A DNA stretch of 64,000 nucleotides from Squalus acanthias (lineage: Eukaryota): NCBI GenBank assembly GCA_030390025.1, contig CM059432.1:37512001-37576000 (forward strand). Direction: 5' to 3'. The notes beneath the pieces were generated by a model. The model was not told the DNA's origin. It saw only the letters and a list, made by a program, of their open reading frames with translations, and made no database searches. Every line of letters begins with the position of its first letter. Position 1 is the first letter of the stretch. Positions 25,446 to 37,908 of this stretch are shown piece by piece. The translations under genes and the position numbers were made by a program.

Positions 25446-25532
25446 ATATTCTCCACCCATTTCAGACCGGCACGAAACGAGCATCAGTTGCAATTTCATG
25501 TTCTCCTGTCCACCCAGTCGTGGGTGCAGAAT

Positions 25533-28500
25533 CATAGGATTACATAGGAGTTTACATAGGATTACATAGGATATATGGCACAGAAACAGGCCATTCGGCC
25601 CAACCAGTCCATGCCGGCGTTTATAGAAACATAGAAGATAGGAGCAGGAGTAGGCCATTCAGCCCCTCGAGCCTGCTCCGCCATTCGATGAGATCATGGC
25701 TGATCATCCAAACTCAGTACTCTGTCCCTGCCTTCTCCCCATATCCCTTGATACCTTTAGCTTTAAGAAATATATCTAACTCATTCTTGAATATATTTAC
25801 TGACTTGGTCTCAACTACCTTCTGTGGTAGAGAATTCCACAGGTTCACCACTCTCTGGGTGAAGAAATTCTTCCTCATTTCTGTCCTAAATGGCTTACCC
25901 CTTATCCTTAGATTATGACCCCTGGTTCTGGACTCTCCGACCATCGGGAACATTCTTCCTGCATCTAGTTTGTCCAGACCTGTCAGAATTTTATATGTTT
26001 CGATGAGATCCCCTCTCATTCTTCTATACTCCAGCGAGTATAAACCCAATCGACCCAATCTCTCCTCATATGTCATTCCTGCCATCCCAGGTATCAGCCT
26101 TGTGAATCTTCGCTGAACTCCTTCCATGGCAAGAACATCCTTCCTCAGATAAGGCAACCAAAACTGCACACAATACTCAAGGTGTGGTCTCACCAAGGCC
26201 CTGTACAACTGCAGCAGGACATCCCTGTTCCTATACTCAAACCCTTTCGCTATGAAGGCCAACATACCATTTGCCTTCTTCACCGCCTGCTGCACCTGCA
26301 TGCTTACCTTCAGCGACTGGTGCACAAGGACACCCAGGTCTCGTTGCACTTCCCCTTCTCCCAATCTATTGCCATTCAGATAATAGTCTGCCTTTCTGTT
26401 TTTGACACCAAAGTGGATAACCTCGCATTTAGCCACGTTATATTGCATCTGCCACGCTTCTGCCCACTCACCCAACCTGTCCAAATCATCCTGGAGTTTT
26501 TCGGTATCCTCCTCGCAGCACACACGCCCACCCAGCTTTGTGTCATCTGCAAACTTGGAGATATTACATTTAGTTCCCTTATCTAGATCATTAATGTATA
26601 TTGTGAATAGCTGGGGTCCAAGGACCGATCCCTGCGGTGCCCCACTAGTCACTGCCTGCCACTCGGAAAAAGACCCATTAATTCCTACTCTCTGCTTTCT
26701 GTCCTCCAACCAGTTCTCTATCCAAGTCAATACCTTGCCCCCAATCCCATGTGCCTTAACTTTACACGCTAATCTCTTATGCTCCACTTGAGTCTCCTCC
26801 TGTCTTTCCTCATCCAAATCTATCAGCGTAACCCTCTATTCCCTTTTCCCTCATATGCTTGTCTAGCCTCCCCTTAAATACATCGATACTATTCGCTTTA
26901 ACCACTCCCTGTGGTAGCGAGTTCCACATTCTCACCACTCTTTGGGTAAAGAAGTTTCTTCTGAATTCCCTTTTGGTATTTTTGGTGACTATCTTATATT
27001 GATGGCCTCTAGTTATGCTCTTCCCCACAAGTGGAAACATTCTCTCTGTATCCACTCTATCAAAACCTCTCATAATTTTAAAGACCTCTATTAGGTCACC
27101 CCTCAGCCTTCTTTTTTCCAAGAGAAAAGAGATCCAGCCTGTTCATCCTTTCTTGAGATGTATACTCTCGCATTTCTGGTATCATCCTTGTAAATCTTCT
27201 CTGCACCCTCTCCAATGCCTCTGTATCCTTTTTATAATATGGCAACTAGAACTGCACGCAGTACTCTAAGTGTGGTCTAACCAAGGTTCGATACAGGTTT
27301 AGCATAACTTCCCTACTTTTCAATTCTATCCCTCTAGAAATAAACCCTAGTGTTTGGTTTGCTTTTTTAATGACCTTGCTAACCGGTGGCGCAACTTGTA
27401 GTGATCTGTGTATTTGTACTCTGAGATCCCTTTGTTCCTCGACCCCACCTAGACTCGCACCCTTCAAGTGATCTCCCTATTCTTCCTATCAAAATGTAAT
27501 ACCTCACATTTATCGGTGTTGAACTTCATTTGACAATTATTTGCCCATTCTGCAAATTTATTAATGTCCTCCTGTAATTTGTTGTAGTCCTCCTCAGTAT
27601 TGGCTAACACCCCCCAATTTGGTATCATCCGCAAATTTAGAAATTGTGTTTTTGATTCCAAAGTTTAAATTGTTAATGTAAATTGTGAACAGCAGTGGCC
27701 CCAGCACTGATCCTTGTGGAACACCACTACCCACCTTCTGCCACTGTGAATAGCTACCCTTTACTCCCACTCTCTGCTTTCTGTCTTGAAGCCAGCTAGC
27801 TATCCATTCTGCTACTTGTCCCCTGACTCCGCATTCTCTGACCTTGTTCATCAGTCTGTTATGGGGTACCTTAACGCAGGCCTTTTGAAAATCTAGATAA
27901 ATTACATCTACTGCATTACCATTATCTGCTCTCTCTGTTACCTCTTCAAAAAATTCAATAAGGTTGGTCAAGCAAGATTTTCCCTTTTGAAATCCATGCT
28001 GACTATTCATTATTTTACTTTTTGTTTCTAGATGTTCTTGTATTCTCTCCTTTAGTTGGGATTCCATTATTTTTCCTACTACCGATGTTAAGCTGACTGG
28101 TCTATAATTCACTGGACATGTTCTATCCCCCTTCTTAAATATCGGTATTATGTTAGCTGTCCACCAGTCCTCTGGCATTACACCTTTTTCTAACGAATTA
28201 TTAAATATTTGTAGTAATGCCTCTGCTATCTCTTCCCTAGATTCTTTTAAAATGCGTGGATGCAATCCATTCGGATCATGGATTTTATCCTCTTTGAGTT
28301 CGATTAGTTTAGTTAATATATCCCCTTTTTAAAAAATTTTAAATGCACTTATCTCATTACTCCTCTCATCATCCAATGTCATGTCCACCTGTTCTATCTC
28401 CCTGGTAAATACCGAAGCAAAATAATGATTTAATATTTCTGCCATCTCCCTATTGTTACCTGTGGCATTGTCCTGTCTATCCCTTAATGGCCCTATTCCC

Positions 28501-29758
28501 ATCCCAATCTTCCTTTTTTTATTGATGTGCCTGTAAAATATTTTACTATTTTGTTTTATGTTCCTTGGTAATTTAATTTCATAGTTCCTCTTTACCCTCC
28601 TAATTGTTTTTTTTTTAAACTTCTCTCCTAATCCCTTCATATTCTCTCTTATAATGCACTCCTCTGCTGTCTATGTACTTAATGTATGCCTCTTTCCTTA
28701 CCCTCAATTGTTCCCTTATGTCTTTATTCATCCATGGAGTCTCATTAGTTTTTAGTTTGTTCTTTCCTTTTAGCAGAATATATTTTTCCTGCACTCTGTT
28801 GAACACCGTTTTAAATGTTTCCCAATATTGTTGCCCATTTTATCTTCCCAAGTTCCATTCTCAGCCCCTCAAAATCAGCTTTTCTCCAATCTATTAACCT
28901 GTTTTTTTGTCATACTTATGTCCTTCTCTATTGTCATCTTAAAGTATATTATATTATGGTCACTATTGCCTATATGTTCCCCTACTTTTACTTCTCTTAT
29001 CTGCCCTGGTTCATTCCCCATTACTAGATCCAATAGCTAATCCTCCCTTGTTGGGCTTTTTACATTTTAGAAAGGAGTCCTGTAGGAACTCCATTCCCTT
29101 ATCCCCTTTACCTACCTCTTCTATCCAATTAATATCAGGGTAGTTGAAATCCCCCATTCTATGTTTTTTACTCATTTCTCTAATTTGTCTGCATAGTTCT
29201 TCCTCCACCTCCCTTCCACTATTAGGTGGTCTGTAGACTACGCCTATTAGTGTGATTGACCCTTTATTATCTTTTATCTCCATCCATATGGATTCTATTT
29301 TTGTCTTGCTGATATCTACGTCCCTTTTTTCTACTGCCATTATGTTATCACTAATAAGTACAGCTACTCCACCTCCCCTTTTCCCCTCTCTATCTTTTCT
29401 AAATATGTTATACCCTGCAATGTTTAATTCCCAGTCCTGATTTTTCTGTAGCCATGTCTCAGTAATCCCTACTTTGTCTGGTTCCTCCCAACGCATGATT
29501 GCCTCCAGCTCCCCTGTTTTATTATGGACACTGTGTGCATTGCTGTACAGACAGTTTAACTCATTTTTAATAGGATTTCCTCTCACTTTATGTTTAACCA
29601 TCTTTTTAGATCTTGTTGTGTAACTCTATTTGCTACCTTGCAGTCAATGTCCTCCCTTACTTTATTCTTTCCTACGCTCACTTTTCCTGTTTTGTTTATA
29701 TTTAGGCTGCTTATGTTTCTTGTAGAGCCCTCCCCCCTTCTTACTAGTTTAAAGCCTT
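25533..29758 (-). mobile_element. CR1 LINE, nearly complete but frameshifted ORF2 (APE + RT)
   Basis: APE 29011..29601 (VGITETWL, RGGGVAVL, GVVYRPP, MGDFNYPDINW); RT 27594..28265 (NYRPVSLTS, GVPQGSVLGP, KFADD); C-terminus 26810..27121; the 3' tail resumes at 25533-25624. Confidence 0.93.
25625..26776 (-). mobile_element. Younger CR1 LINE nested in the 3' UTR of the larger CR1
   Basis: Uninterrupted RT C-terminal frame within ORF 25714..26817; its own tail; host sequence GCGTTTAT|GCTCCAC is split with TTAT repeated. Confidence 0.92.
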
Positions 29759-30639
29759 TAAATCATTGATGATACATACTTAATCTGCATGAGTTTCAGG
29801 CAGCCTAAAGTTCCTGGAGCAAGGAATTACTTTGAAAACTCCACATAAACAATTGTGATCATGCTCACTGTCAGGGTACATTTGTACAGCAATAAAAACA
29901 CAGCAGACATCAGCATCTATAATGACAAAAGATAGATGAATCTTTGGGGTGTAGACTCAGTTCTGATGAAAGGTTTACACCTAAAATGTTAACCTGTCTC
30001 TTCTCTTTTTAGATGTTGGTGCGCATTCTGTGTATTTCCCGCATTTTCTTTTTACACCTGTACAGGAAACCCTCTACACCAAATCTCTGCAATAATGTCT
30101 ATTCCTGGTCATTTGCTTTTTGCATTAAAAAAATGATTTAATAATTTAATTAAGCATTGTAAATAACACAGCAAAGTGGGAGTTTACAACAACAACAACT
30201 TGTATTTATATAGCGCCTTTAACATAGTAAAACGTCCCAAGGCGCTTCACAGGAGTGTTATAAGACAAAAATTTGATTTGTGCTAAAATGAATTAAGCGG
30301 AGCAGACTGTATGCTTTACAAGTTCCATTTTAGTTCGGTTACAAAATTTAAAGTGACGATGTCATATACTGTTCAACTTAAAACAAACCTGGTAAAGCAG
30401 CTTACAAAATACCTTACTAGACAGTAATCCTCCTGAAACAACCACACGCATTTTAAAATGCACGATGAAGACAGGTTTGAAAACAGTGTCCCAAGATCCT
30501 CCAAAATGCTGATTTGCTCATTTTACAGTGTAATCTAAAAGACCTCACATCTACATATTAGCCACCTTACATTAAATTAAAGATTCAGCCTCAAATGTGT
30601 AATGGGAGGAGACAACACGAAATTCTAGATGTGGATTGG

Positions 30640-30905
30640 TTTCAATGAGAGCAACCACCTGCATTTATATCGTGTCTTGAAAGTAAAAAAATGTCCCAAA
30701 GCGATTTACAGAGGAGGAAGGAGTGGACAACAAGCCTTTGCAGGAGACTTGGGAAGAGGTAACTGAGTTTGGTTGAAGAGATGTGTTTTGAGAAAGATTT
30801 TGAAGGTGGGGGGGAGAAATAAAGGGGGCAAAGGGTTGAGGAGGGAATTCCAGAGAGTAGGGCCAAGGTGGCTGAAGGCTGTGCCACCAAAGGTGCAGAG
30901 GGAGA
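30640..30905 (-). mobile_element. L2 LINE 3' fragment
   Basis: GGTAFSHLGPTLWNSL...FKIFLKTHLF motif. Confidence 0.75.
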
Positions 30906-31228
30906 GATGATGCATTCTACTTCCAACATGATAATAACAAATTAAGAGTCAGGTTGATCTGAAATTCGGTGATCTGTTGTAGGAAAATACTTAATTGCAT
31001 GAGAAACATAATGTCCTACAATGACAATACATGAACTTCTAATGGAGTGAAATGTTTTCCTGCAGTACTTTACCAAATTTCAGAAATATTCAACTACTGC
31101 TGCAATATTTCACTTGTTATGTAGTTCCACACAATTAATGTACCACCTTGTTATAATGAGCTGTAAGTAATGCAAACCCACTTGTAACACCAGTTTCTAA
31201 ATGGGGTCCTGCGCTGAAAAAACACACT

Positions 31229-31975
31229 GGGCTGGATTTTCAATGACCCGTGGAGTTGGGTTTGGAGGCGGGGGGGGTTAAAGTTGCAGATTTGGGGGTC
31301 CCGACCCCATCCCGACTCCAACCCGCCTCCATGCCAGTTTCTCTGGCGGTGGGTACCCAACCTGTGCTGAGAACCGACTCCCCGAGGCGGGAAGGGATTA
31401 GTGACAATTAACTGCCGTTAACAGGCCGTGGGTCTGCAGGGGTTGGAGGGGTCGATATGTCCGGTGGGCAGGTGAGTGATGGGTGCATGTGTGCAGAGGT
31501 AAGTGTGTAAGGTAAGTGCTAAGTGTTGGAAAAAGTTTTACTTACCTTAACTTCTTCCTGCAGGTGTCAGCCCTTCAGTTCTCAGGAGTTAGAAATCTCA
31601 CCAGCACAGAAAGCAGGAAAGCCGTGGTTCTGTCAAAAACGGCAGCCTTCTGTTTTCTGTGGTGGAATGATTTCTAACTCAGCCTGAGAGGAAGGACTGA
31701 AGTTAGAAATCATATTGTGAGTGTTTGACAGCTTCACAGAGCTGTCAAACGCTGATATTTCATCTGTCAAAAGCTCTTGACAGATGAAATGTCAGTCTGT
31801 GATGTCACCTGTTGCCGGGTGGCCCTTAATTGGCCAGCTGAGCCCACTGGGCGGGCTCAACAAGGTCAATCAAGGGAAAATACAGTGGGTTGGCCACATC
31901 TCGATGGAGGTGGGTTCACAAGCCAGAATGTGTGATTCCCGACCCCAACCCGACCCCAGATTCAAAATCCAGCCC
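31229..31975. mobile_element. Harbinger-type MITE with 3-bp TSD
   Basis: Perfect 12-bp TIR GGGCTGGATTTT / AAAATCCAGCCC, flanked by ACT at 31226-31228 and 31976-31978. Confidence 0.85.
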
Positions 31976-33253
31976 ACTATATCTGTATACATGGGAATAT
32001 AGGGAACTGATTGTGTTCTCCTTAGCTCCAAATAAGTGCCCTCCGCTCTGTGATTGAACTGGATGACAGTGCAGCTCATAGGATCATTAGGAACAGGAGT
32101 AGGCCATTCAGCCCCTCGAGCCTGCTCCACCATGACTGATTTGCACCTGCTCACTCTGGGAACATAGGAAAATAGGAACAGGAGCAGACCATTTAGCCCC
32201 TCGAGCCTGTTCCGCCATTCAATGTGATCATGGCTGATCTGTGACCTAACTCCATATACCCACCTTTGCCCCATATTCCTTAATACCTTTGGTTAACAAA
32301 AATCTATCAATCTCAGATTTAAAAGTAACAATTGACCCAGCATTTGTGGAAGAGAGTTCCAAACTTCTACCACCCTTAGGGGAGTGCACTCACCTGCTCC
32401 TGCTCTCCCAGCTGTCCTAAGCTCTCCCTTCTCAGGCTCAAATCTGTGCCCTCCTGTCCTGATGCCTTGACATATCTGAAAGTATTGCCCCTCGTTTCCT
32501 TTCTCTATCATGACATCGCTGGGAACTGCTCAACAGAAGCAAGATGCTTTCCAACCCCAGTGGAGATGGGGAAATTCAGCATATGGACTGAGCGCATGAC
32601 TCTTACTAGCCTGGCAACTGGTACAGCAACACATGCCCAAACATGTATGAAAGATTATGTTGTCATTTGTACATCTGTTGCGCTGATGCAGACAAAACAG
32701 TTTCAGGAATTAGTATTTCATATAGATTTATTTTAATTGCCTGGCCAAGGTGTTCTTTTTGTTGCCCATCCAGGAAATATTAGCAGTGGCAGGTTGCAAG
32801 GCCATTTAAACACATGAAAGGATATATATTTTAAGAGTGAATCCACATCAAAACCGGTGCACTTTAAAATCTCAATGGCCGTCACTGATAATTATTCATA
32901 CATGGCAGGACTGTTGGTTTGTTCAGCAAAATCAGAAGCTAAGCAATTAAAACGCTTAACAAAATGTGAACACTGAAAGGCACTGTAATAAAAAAATACT
33001 CTAACGTTTTCTATTGCTTTAAAGAAATGATTACAATTTTTAATGAGAAATGTGACACAAAAACAGCAGAGCGTTTTAAAATGAAATTATGTTGCAGGAA
33101 ATACTGGTAGATAACGAACGATAGATAATGAATACCTGGTTGCTTACAAAACAAAAATTGAGGACTTTAGATGACATCTTAAACTGTAAGTGCAAAACAA
33201 CAAAGAGTTGACAATGATAATCTGGCGATGTCAATTGCTTTGAAATCACTTAC

Positions 33254-34010
33254 CGCACCTTTTTAAAAGGTGTTGTGCAGAAATTGGGGCGATCTTCTTG
33301 CGCTTTGTTCAAGCAGGAGCGAACAGTGCAGTCACTCACTGCCAGTACATTCCATGTCTTTTGATAATGACATTCACACTGAGGGATTAGCGATCGTAAG
33401 ACAACTTTCCCCAAGACATATACATCATTAGCACTTGATCACTGCTGTATTCTGTACCCAAAAATGATAACCTGCTCATTTCTATACCATACAATCCAGC
33501 ATTTAAAAAGTGAAACCCAAGAAATGGATTAAACATAAAAGCCTTACATGAAATTTCTACTGAAAAAAATAGTTTCTCCAAATATCCTTATATAAATTAT
33601 GTTGTCAATTTATCTGACTTCGGTTACTAAAATCAACAAATTGCGTTCTAGAGGAGATATTAATCCAAAATAATTGGGGAGCCTGGCCAGTGGGGTTGCT
33701 GGTTGAGACAAGCCCAGTCTCAAACCGTTAGACACAGAGCAATACAAACAATAGAGATTTTACAGGGCTCACTCCAGTTTACTCACTCTGTCAACCTCCC
33801 ACCTCTTCTCTGGGCTCAGCTCTTTCCGCTTTTTCACCGCGACACACCGTGCACACACACAGTAAAAGCTGGCTGGTGAAAGTGGGTTCTTGCATTTGTG
33901 CTGAAGCGGATACTGCGAGTCCTTGTTATCTTTCAAAGTACTGCCGATATTAGCCTGGCACGCGCAGCCGCTCCCACCTCCCGGCTCAGCGCGCCCCAGG
34001 TCCTAATGCC
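33254..34010 (-). promoter_or_regulatory. Candidate TMEM71 promoter and non-coding first exon
   Basis: Non-repetitive CpG-containing patch at 33830-34000 and a strong minus-strand donor GCG|GTAAGT at 33253. Inference only. Confidence 0.3.
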
Positions 34011-34181
34011 CTTCCAGTTTCGAAAGACTATGTCACTTAAGGAGCAATATATATTTCGCTTCAAAGGAAATGAAAGTTTCTTTTTCTCAACAGAGTTAGG
34101 TGTTGAAATCGATTTAAAATATATTCGATCATTTTTAAATTTAATGAGTAATGTTAGAACAATATAAAGAAAAAACCACCA

Positions 34182-35215
34182 CAGATTCCTTTGTGCTAGG
34201 TATGACTCCAGCCAGTGGAGAGATTTCCCCCTGATTCCCATTGACTTCAGTTTTACTAGCGCTCCTTGATGCCACACTCGGTCAAATGCTGCCTTGATAT
34301 CAAGGGCAGTCACTCTCACCTCACTCCTGGAATTCAGCTCTTTTGTCCATGTTTAGACCAAAGCTGTAATGAGGTCGGGAGCCTTGGCGGAACCCAAACT
34401 GGGCATCAGTGAGCAGGTTATTGCATGAACCGCCTTTCTCCACTATTTTAACAAGGGGTTAACTATCCCCAGTGAAGTACTGGCATAAGAGGGAATAAAG
34501 CCATTTTTTGATAGGATAGATGTAGGGAAGATGTTTCCACTTGTGGGGGAGTCCAAATCTAGAGGACACAAATATAAGATAGTCACTAATAAATCCAATA
34601 GGGAATTCAGGAGAAACTTCTGTACCCAGAGAGTGGTTAGAATGTGGAACCTGCTACCACAGGGAGTAGTTAAGGTGAATAGCATAGATACATTTAAGGG
34701 GCAGCTACATAAGTACATGAGGTGGAAAAGAATAGAAGGATATGCGGATGGTGTTAGATGGAGTAGGGCGGGAGGAGGCTCGTGTGGAGTATAAATATCG
34801 GAATGGACCACTGGAGCCAAATGGCCTGTTTCTGTGCTGTAAATTCTGTGTAATGGCCTTGCCCCTCCCTATCTCTGTAATCTCCTCCAGCCCCACAACC
34901 CCCCGAGATATCTGCACTCCTCTAATTCTGCCCTATTGAGCATCCCTGATTATAATCGCTCAACCATTGGTGGCTGTGCCTTCTGTTGCCTAGGCCAGGA
35001 ATTCCCTGCCTAAACCTCTCCGCCTCGCTACCTCTCTTTCCTCCTTTAAGACGCTCCTTAAAACCTACCTCTTTTACCAAGCCTTTGGTCACCTACCCTG
35101 ATTTCTCCTTATATGGCTCGGTGTCAATTTTTTTGTCTTATAATACTCCTGTGAAGCGCCTTGGGATGTTTTACTACGTTAAAGGTGCTATATAAATACA
35201 AGTTGTTGTTGTTGT
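34182..35215. mobile_element. Cluster of LINE fragments: tRNA-headed-family RT piece (-, 34182-34425), CR1 3' end (+, 34511-34852), L2 3' end (+, 34853-35215)
   Basis: ALDIKAAFDRVWHQG; RRNFCTQRVVRMWN; L2 tail AAAGGTGCTATATAAATACAAG(TTG)n. Confidence 0.8.
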
Positions 35216-36749
35216 AAAAATACAGCAATGTGGGATTTTAGTGCTGAAATTTGAATTATCAGATAATTTGAATTAAGTAATTTTGAATTAAAGAGTAGAC
35301 TATATATCATTTGAAAGTAATTTACTGAAGTAAATAAATTGACATGATAATAAGTAAGGTAAAAGCAACAATCTTGTATGAATCTCTAAGTCTTGTGATG
35401 TCACATTCTAAAATTCTAAGTGGCTTGCAATCCCCTACCATTAATGTTGTTTGACATCTCGTGTAGGTGAAGACAGTCATAAAGCAGCAAATAGTCTTTT
35501 AACTCTTTTTAGCCTGATATACAATTTTATATGAATGAAACACCCTTAGTAAGGAGCTGGGAGCTATAACCAAATGTTGAGATTCAGGTGATGTTGATAA
35601 ATTGTCCAGGCTCTGCTCTTTGTGATTTGATGAACTCTGAACCCTTCACTTCTACTTTAGTTTTGTAACTCCTTTGTGGTATTTGTTTTTCCATGTATAA
35701 ATCCTTCAAATACCACCAACTTTCTCAAAGGCAGATCATTAACAATCTATCCTTTTTTTGTGATACCTTCAAGAATGCATTTTACTGATAGAGGCTTAGC
35801 CAGAAAACTACAGAATATAACACCGAATGTGAGGACAATTCTGTACATAATGTCCAGAATGAGTGGCTAGCTGTTATGAAGAACAATTTGTTATGAAACT
35901 TCAGAGTTGCTGTATCCATTCAGAGAATAAAAACGTGCTATATAATTGGGAGAACAGAATAACACTACTGGCACTAAGACCTTGAGGAAGCCTTTCAGAG
36001 GACAGTAGGATAATTCAAGAAAGGCATTGCATCATTTGAATTAACTGAATGCAGTTTAGAGGTTACAACAGATTGAACCTTGGACAAAAAATCGTACATG
36101 TTTGCTGTTGGTGGCTCATTGTCCATTACTGAATGTCCTCTTTTTATCTAAATTCAGTTGCAACAAACAACAACATATATGTGGTACATAAAGTGAAAAT
36201 CAAAATCAAAACTGTATTATGTGACAGTTGATATCATATAATGTAGTATGTGCAGGACACTGTAAACAGATTTATGAATTTATCCTTTAGCAGCTTCTGA
36301 AAGTCCTGATTTTAGGCTCCATTACCCCCATAAATAAATAGAATCAGGGTGTAACAGAGTGGAAATTATGGGCGGAGATTAGTTGCGCTCAATTTTCTCC
36401 CACAGAGGTAAATTTGAACTATCGGGCGGCTGAGATAGGAACAGAGGAACAAGAGTAGGGCATTCAGCCCCTCGAGCTTGTTCCGCCATTCAATGACATC
36501 ATGGCTGATCTGTATCTTAATTCTATCTACCCCATTTGACTGATAAAGCAGCTAGCCAGCAGGCCGATAGTGCCGAAAGCAGGCCCGTCCACTGTGAGGC
36601 AGGAATCCTGCTGGGACCCTGCTAAAATATTTCAATTATCTGATCCGAAAATTCACTTGAGTAAGCACCAGCCAAGTCAGACACATGAAGATGTTGCTCC
36701 TGGAAAATATAGCATTTGTCACTTACTTGATGCATGTCATAGAGTCATA

Positions 36750-37478
36750 GGGGGCGATTTTACCGGCGCTCAGGGGTCGGGTTTGGAGGCGGGACTGCTG
36801 GCAAAATCAAAAAGATTGGCAGCGGGTCCCGAACCCGCTTCCAACCCGCCTCCAACCAATCTTCCCGGGAGTCAGGTCCCCGATTTGTGCAGGGACCCGA
36901 CTCCTAGCAGCAGGATGAGGATTACAGCCACTTAACTGCTTGTTAACAGGCAGTTAAGAGGCTTTTTCCAATTTGACACTTCTACTGCGGGCCTCCCAAT
37001 GTCGGGAAACCCCGCCATGGTAAGTGTGATGTGCTGTGGGTCTACTGTCATGTTTGTGTATAGATGACAGCTGCAGAAGTGATGTGAAGGATCTAATGGG
37101 ACACTGGTGAGTTGCAGAGGTAAGAAAATGTTGGGAAAATTATTTTTAATGTGTTTATAATTTTCTGTATGTCACAAGCTTTGAAGTGTTTGTGTAGTCC
37201 CACCTCATTGGGAGAACCTCTCTCACCAGTGACAGATCACTTCTGTAACCTCACCTGCAGCTGCCATCTGTTTTAGCCTAAGGAGAGTGTCACTGGAGAG
37301 CCTGGGTACAAGGGCTCAGCTTTGTACAGTGATTGTCAGTGTTTGCAGCACCTCAATGCTGTCAAACACTGAAAAATCATCTGTCAAACAAAAATGAGCG
37401 TGTCCCCTTTAAGAAAACCGGCAGATGACGCGTCATCAACTGACGTCATCTGACACCGGCTTTCTCTTAATTGGCCGG
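36750..37478. mobile_element. Left part of a Harbinger-type MITE related to 31229-31975, cut by the ERV insertion
   Basis: Starts GGGGCGATTTT, parallels 31229-31835 up to TTAATTGGCC(G/A)G, then abuts the ERV LTR. Confidence 0.65.
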
Positions 37479-37871
37479 TGTCGTGGAAATTAACTATCAG
37501 ACGGAGACTTCGAGGTTCGCTTTAGGAATTTATTTCATGATATCACGGAGAGTCTGCAACAGTCCCTACTGCTCACCAGCACTCTAAATTACTATTGTAC
37601 AGCGCTCATAGTTATACAGCAAGGTAAACAACTTCATGTGATTAGCTTACCTTACATTTCAACGTATGGTTTCATAGGTTCCATTGTTCTCAAGAAACAG
37701 ATTAACATGTTCACATTTTATCACCAGATGTCCTAAGCCAAAAGGTCAGCTTGACTTTATTATGGCGGTCAGCAGTTCTTTTAGTCTTAACTAGTTTAGT
37801 GTCCTTTGTTCAATTAGTAAAGTGGTCAAGTATCCCAGCATGCCTTAATGTTTAATACGTTTTCTCCCACA
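37479..37871 (-). repeat. ERV 3' LTR (393 bp)
   Basis: TG...CA ends (TGTGGGAGAAA...CCACGACA), preceded by polypurine tract AAGGAGGGAAT at 37872-37882; TATAA at 37612-37616 and AATAAA at 37529-37534 on the minus strand. Confidence 0.88.
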
Positions 37872-37908
37872 ATTCCCTCCTTGTTGATCTTTACTGATCA
37901 ACACTGCT

